A stretch of DNA of 64,000 nucleotides, taken from Mobula hypostoma. Its lineage: Eukaryota. Below, in pieces: positions 58,491 through 64,000 of the stretch; position 1 is the stretch's first letter; each line of letters opens with the position of its first letter. The position numbers were made by a program, and so were the translations under genes. The DNA lies in the NCBI RefSeq assembly GCF_963921235.1, contig NC_086108.1:85438001-85502000 (forward strand), written 5' to 3'. Under the pieces are notes generated by a model, which had not been told where the DNA came from, ran no database searches, and saw only the letters and a program-made list of their open reading frames with translations.

Positions 58491-59994
58491 AATCAGCCGA
58501 TCATGTTTGGGTAGAAGAAACTGAGAAGTACTATCACAGACTAAATCCAGAGATCGTCAGAAGGAAGGGTTGTAGGATTATTTGGTCTAGCTTTGGATGA
58601 GAGAGGAAATAGAGAAACAAGAGCCTCGTACGAATCCTAGTCATTGACCAAAATAGACCTTATGGCTGCACATGCTTAACTGGCTGTGAAGCATTTTGAG
58701 AGACCCTGAGGTTGTCAACAGCCTTATAAAAATCCATGTCATTTGTTTTTGTACTGTACTGTTCTCAGCTTTAAGTGAAGATGGATCACCCAAATATAAA
58801 CTGGTTGCTTTCACTGTGCTAAAGTCAAATCAGCAGGCAAGATATAGAAATTACTATTTCAAAAATAAACCCTTACACTGGAGAAAATACAGAAAGAAAT
58901 AGGATATATTAAGTGGTTGAATAGAGAAGCAGAGGGATTTACAAAAGGAACAATATATGAAATTATTTGAAGAAATAGGATAAAAAATTGAAAATAGACA
59001 ATGGCAAAATAATGGATAATGTAATGATAGCTGAAAACAAATGAAATTGCAAGGGATTTTGGATTAAATTAAAGGAGTTTTAACCACATTCTCAAAGTGG
59101 GCTCTTGCTACTGAAATTTTACTGTTAAATCTAGTTCTTGCCAATGCAGCGCTTAACAGTAATTACCACCTCTCCATGTTTTCTATGTAATAGTAAACCT
59201 AACTTTAATTGGATAGGCTTTGGTAAGTGAAACCAAATGAGATGATCTTTGGATGGAGAATGATACTTGACTAAATTATTCTAGCATTTTATAATTGGTT
59301 TTCCAGAGAGCCAAATTGAATTTAAAAATTGGATTCTCCTTTATCGTATATTAATATTTCCTTACCCATTACTTATTCTATTCTCTTAATTATGAATCAC
59401 CTGTATTTGTGCAAAAATATTGTTTGGTTAGTTTTCACTCCTAAATCATTATCTGATCTGCTGCGTGCTCCAAAATCAATGGTCATTCATTATAAAAAGG
59501 ACAAGGGACAAATTGCTAGCATGACTTGGTATGTCGTGATTGTCCTGTGGAAATATTTTGCACATTGCTTTTCCTTACATGAAGTATAAATCTAGTATTC
59601 ATGACTTAGTTACTTAGTTAAAGTACAGCACCAAGTTTTCAATATCTGTATTTATTCATTAATAAGCTAATAATTCCTGATGTATACATATAATGACTCA
59701 AGATGACACATTCTATTAAATTAAATTGCAAATCAGTCGCATAAAGTCAACATTTTTATAGAAGTGGTAGATCTGCAAGGAGGTGCTTTTATGGATTTTA
59801 AGTTGGTAGTTTTCCCCATCAGTCAATTACTATCATTCTCTTATACACCTCTGATTTCGTCCTGTGAATTTTTCCCTTTTCATTATCACCTTCACAATCT
59901 TTTGCCATTTCCAATTTTCATGGCAATACTGTTCTCCCACTTTTCAAGCCAGCTCTGTTTCTCTTCTTCCTATCATATCCTGCCACTCTTCTTC

Positions 59995-60490
59995 CATCAC
60001 AGAGGCTCTACTTCATTAGAAGTTTGAGGAGATTTGGTATGTCACCAAAGAACCTCACAAATTTCTGTACATATATGGTAGAGAGCTTTCTGACAGGTTG
60101 TATATCAGCCTGCTATGGAGTCTCCAATGTACAGGATCGCAAGAGGCTGCAGAGAGTTGTAGATGCAGCCAGATCTATCATGGGCAAACCCTCCGCACAG
60201 TCAAGGCCATCTTCAAGAAGGCGACATCCATCGTTAAGGACCTTCACCATTCTAGACATTCCCTTTTCTCATTATTACCACTGGGAAGGAGCCGAGGATG
60301 CATACTCGGTGATTCAGGAACAGCTTCTTCACCACTGCCATCAGATTTCGAATGGTCCATGAACACTACCCTTTTATTTTGTACTATTTATCTACGTTGT
60401 AATTTATAGTAATTTTATGTCTTTGTTCAGTAGTACCTCTGCAAAACAACAAATTTCACCTCATATAAGAATAAACCTGCTTCTGATTCT
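59995..60490 (+). mobile_element. Rex1/Babar LINE 3' end
   Basis: RRFGMSPKNLTNFCTYMVESFLTGCISACYG ... DRKRLQRVV; tail ttctgattct. Confidence 0.85.
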
Positions 60491-60967
60491 ATGTTTGTAG
60501 TTCTCTTCTGATAGTAAAGCTTTTTCTGTGTTACTCCTCCCTCCCTACTCTTGATGATACTCCATATTCATTCCTGCAATTGCCTTACCCGGTAACTAAA
60601 CACCACTGCTGGTAATTGTCATGAGATCAAGCATTTCTATCCAGAAGCAGAAAGGATCCGTGAGCCACATTGAAGGGACATACCTCCTGAATAGCAATTA
60701 ACCTTTGAATGAACTGAAGCATGGTTTAATTAACAGCAATTAAATTTTGTAATCCAAACATCAACAATTTAACAGCAGAATTATAAATTAACCTAGAACG
60801 TTCACTGCCGCTTCAAAAAGAAAAAGGGCCAGGAGCCTCAACCTTTAAAATTTCTCTCCTTTTTATGCCGATATGCAATTTCTTGTTGTTGGCCACAGGA
60901 AACCGTGGAATGGGCACAACTGAGAATTTAACTGTTCATTAAGGAAGCTATGTTCCATTTTATATTG

Positions 60968-62760
60968 TTTCATAGAACATGGAACAGTACAGCACAATAC
61001 AGACCCTTCAGCCCACAATGTTGTGCTAACCTTTTAACCTACTCCAGAATTAAGTCTAACCCTTCCATCTCACAGCCCTCTATTTTCCTTTCATCCATGT
61101 GCCTAACTAAATGTTCCCTAATGTATCTGTCTCTACCACTGTACCTGACAGTGCATTCCATGCACTCACCACTCTCAGTGTGAAGAACTTACTCTGACAC
61201 CCCCTCTATACTTTCCTCCAATCACCATAAAATCACGTCCCCTGGCACTAGCTATTTCTGCCCTGGGAAAAGGAATTGACTGTCCCCTCTAAATATGCCT
61301 CTTATCATGTTGTAAGACATGCCCTTGAATCAAGATAGCATCCTGGTAAACTTCCACTGTGCCCTCTTTAAAGCCTCCACATCTTTTTCACAATGAGCTA
61401 GTGTACTCCAAGACTGGTCTAACCTGAGTTTTTCTAGAGCTGCAACATTACTTCATGGCTCTTGAACTTAATCCTTTATGAAGGCCATCACACTGTAAGC
61501 CTTCTTAACCACCTTATCAACTTGTGCTGCAATTTTCAGGAACCTTTGAATATGAACCCCAATATCCCCCTGTTCCGCCACACTGCTAAGAATCCTGCCA
61601 TTCACATTGTACTCTGCCCTCACGTTCAACCTCCCAAAGTGAACCTCTTCACACTTCTCTGGATTGAGTTACATCTGCAACTCTTTGGGTCTGCTCTGTA
61701 CTGTATGAATACCCTGTTGTAACCTACAATAAACCTCTACACATTGCATAACACCGCTGACCTTTGTGCCATCTGCAAACATACTCATCTTCCCTCCCTC
61801 TTCCTCATCTAACTCAAAAAAAAATCACAAAGAACAGGGGCCCCCGTGAAAAGCAAATGGTTACTGACCTCCAGGCAGGATGCAGTCATCTAATACCACC
61901 CTCTGCCTCTGTGGGCAAGCCAGTTCTGAATTCACAGAGCTAGTTTCCATGGATCCCATGCCTCCTGACTTTCTGAATGAGCCTACCATAGGGAAGCTTA
62001 TCAAATATCTTACTAAAATCCATATAGACCATATCAATTTGTTTTGTCACTTCTAAAAATCAAGCTTGTGAGGCACAACCTGCCCCTCATAAATTCATGC
62101 TAACTATCTCCAAGCAGAATGTGCTTCTCCAAATTCTCATGAATCCTGTCTCCAAGAATCTTCTGCAGCAGTTTGCCCAGCACTGATGTAAGACTCTCTG
62201 GTCTCAGAGCTATTCCTAGTGCCATTATTGAACAAAGACATAACATTTGCCATCCTCCAATCTTCTGGTACTACCCTAGTGAGGACACAAAGATCAATGC
62301 CAATGGTGCGACAATCTTTTCCCTTATTTCCCATGGTAACCTGGGGTGTATCCCATGTGGCTCTGGGGATTTATCAATCCAAATGCTTTTCAAAAGTTAC
62401 AGTACATCCTCTTTCTTAACCTTGACATGTTCCAGCACATCAGTTTGTTCTACACTGATTTCACATTTGTCTAGGTCCCGCTCACTGGTGAATACTGAAG
62501 CAAAGTACTCATTAAGGACCTTTCCTACCACTTTCGACTCCAAGCATATATTTTCTCTTTTATCCCTAATCTCTCTCACCTCACTGCAGTCATCCTCTTG
62601 TTCTACATGTATGTGCAAAATACCTTGGGATTTCCTTAATCCTACTCACCTAGGCTTCTCACGTCTCCTTCTAACCCTCCTAAATCTGTTTTTAAACTCC
62701 TTTCTAACTTCCTTATAATTCTCAAGAGCCGTGTCTTTTCTTTGTATCCTAGATTTTAAT
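60968..62760 (-). mobile_element. Decayed CR1 LINE (ORF2 region to 3' tail)
   Basis: Colinear with about 14960-16900; VLNEYFASVFT, VPEDWRMANV; tail catagaacatggaacagtacagcacaatacag. Confidence 0.85.
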
Positions 62761-62772
62761 TATGCTTCCTTA

Positions 62773-63078
62773 AGGGGCTGCCAGGTAGCATAGCAGTTAG
62801 GGTAATACTTTACAGCACCAGCTGTAAGATTGGGATTGAATTCCTTCTGCTGTCTGTAGGAAGTTTGTATGCTTTCCATGCAACTGTGTAGGTTTCCTCT
62901 GGGTGCTCTGGTTTCCTCCCACATTCCCAAGGTGTGTGAGTTAGGGCATGCAACGTAGGTGCTGAAATCATAGTGACACTGTGAGCTGCCTCCAGCACAT
63001 CTTGGACTGTGCTGGTTGTTGACGCAAACAATGCATTTCACTGAAGGTTTTGATGTATGTGTATAAATAAAGCTAATC
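62773..63078 (+). mobile_element. tRNA-derived V-SINE
   Basis: V-domain ggtttcctctgggtgctctggtttcctcccacattcccaag; tRNA-like head ggtagcatagcagttag; 3' aataaagctaatc tail, different from that of the 9803 copy. Confidence 0.75.
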
Positions 63079-64000
63079 CCTCCATTACAGTATTTTGGCG
63101 TGCATGATTCAAGTTACTCAATGTGTAGTATTGGTTAAGGAGTTATAGAAACTACTTAACCTAATTCTGAATTCTGATTCTATGAACATAGAAAGCAGGC
63201 TGATACCACCGAAATGCAAAACCCATTTCTCTAATTCTGAAGCACAATACTGCAACCCTGTTGCCCACTCCTAACCTTGCGTGGATCAATACACATTTAG
63301 TAGGTGCAAGGAATCTGATTCAATGCCACTTAAAGGAATCAGGAGCTGTTCAGCTGCTGCTTAATTTCTGTGGCTTTTGGTGTCATTCTACAACAAGCTG
63401 GTTCTTTCTAAATTTGACTCAAGTGATACGTAGTCATTGGCTACTATACTGCCGCTTCCCAGTCATGAGGACGTAGCCCTTGTGACCAGAATTACAGGTA
63501 TGGAGGAGTTGCTTCACACATCTGTACTCACTAAACTTAAAAGGATAGCCACCCACACAGTGCAGCAAGATAAATCCAAATCATAAAAGATTCAGTCAGC
63601 TTCAACTACATACCAAGCTATAAGGTACTAAAGATTTCATGGAATAGTCTTTTCGAATCAAAATTTAATTTTGTTTAATGACATTTCTCTTACATTATAT
63701 AGCCTACAAAAGGATCACAGGCATGTTTTGGCACAGGGGTAAGCCATCTGGCGCAATCAGGCCTGTGCTGAGTCTTCCAGTCTGTCCTATTCCTTCTTTC
63801 CTCAGATTGTTTTCCCTAAAGTGCCTTTTCAATTTCCTTTGGACTCTGTATTTACGACACCTACAGGCAGTGAATTCCATCTAGATCATAACCACTTGAT
63901 ATAAAGTAGTTTTCTATAGCATTTCTCTGCAGCCTATATCTTTACACACTTTTCAAGCAACGCTTGCTCCAAAAACAACTTCTCTAACCCCACAGCTGAA

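Overview
Eukaryotic, repeat-dense, non-coding genomic DNA (intronic or intergenic). The repeat mix (HE1-like V-SINEs, Deu-domain SINEs, CR1, Rex1/Babar and RTE LINEs, Penelope-like elements) points to a cartilaginous fish, probably a ray or skate; this is inference. No host protein-coding exon can be supported. Almost every long ORF in the track is a piece of a transposon: CR1 (one near-full-length copy at about 14.9-19.2 kb), Rex1/Babar, RTE, two decayed Ty3/Gypsy elements, two solo LTRs, a hAT relic, a mariner MITE and Tc1-type mini-MITEs. The most interesting signal is a set of Penelope-like (GIY-YIG) elements from two families whose terminal repeats carry minimal type-I hammerhead ribozyme motifs. 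Family-1 termini also occur as small insertions of about 100-270 bp, most with 13-15 bp target-site duplications (TSDs). Five insertions are fold-back structures that reuse the same two end points, and one (55257-55527) contains a tandem ribozyme pair joined exactly at the predicted cleavage site. Hammerheads in Penelope elements are known in general; the architecture seen here is what deserves follow-up. Other notable items are a 29-bp-stem hairpin, a degenerate 65-bp tandem array, a post-insertion duplication of a ribozyme-plus-flank segment, and a small ORF with a signal-peptide-like start. Family names come from motif recognition by eye, and boundaries without a TSD are approximate.
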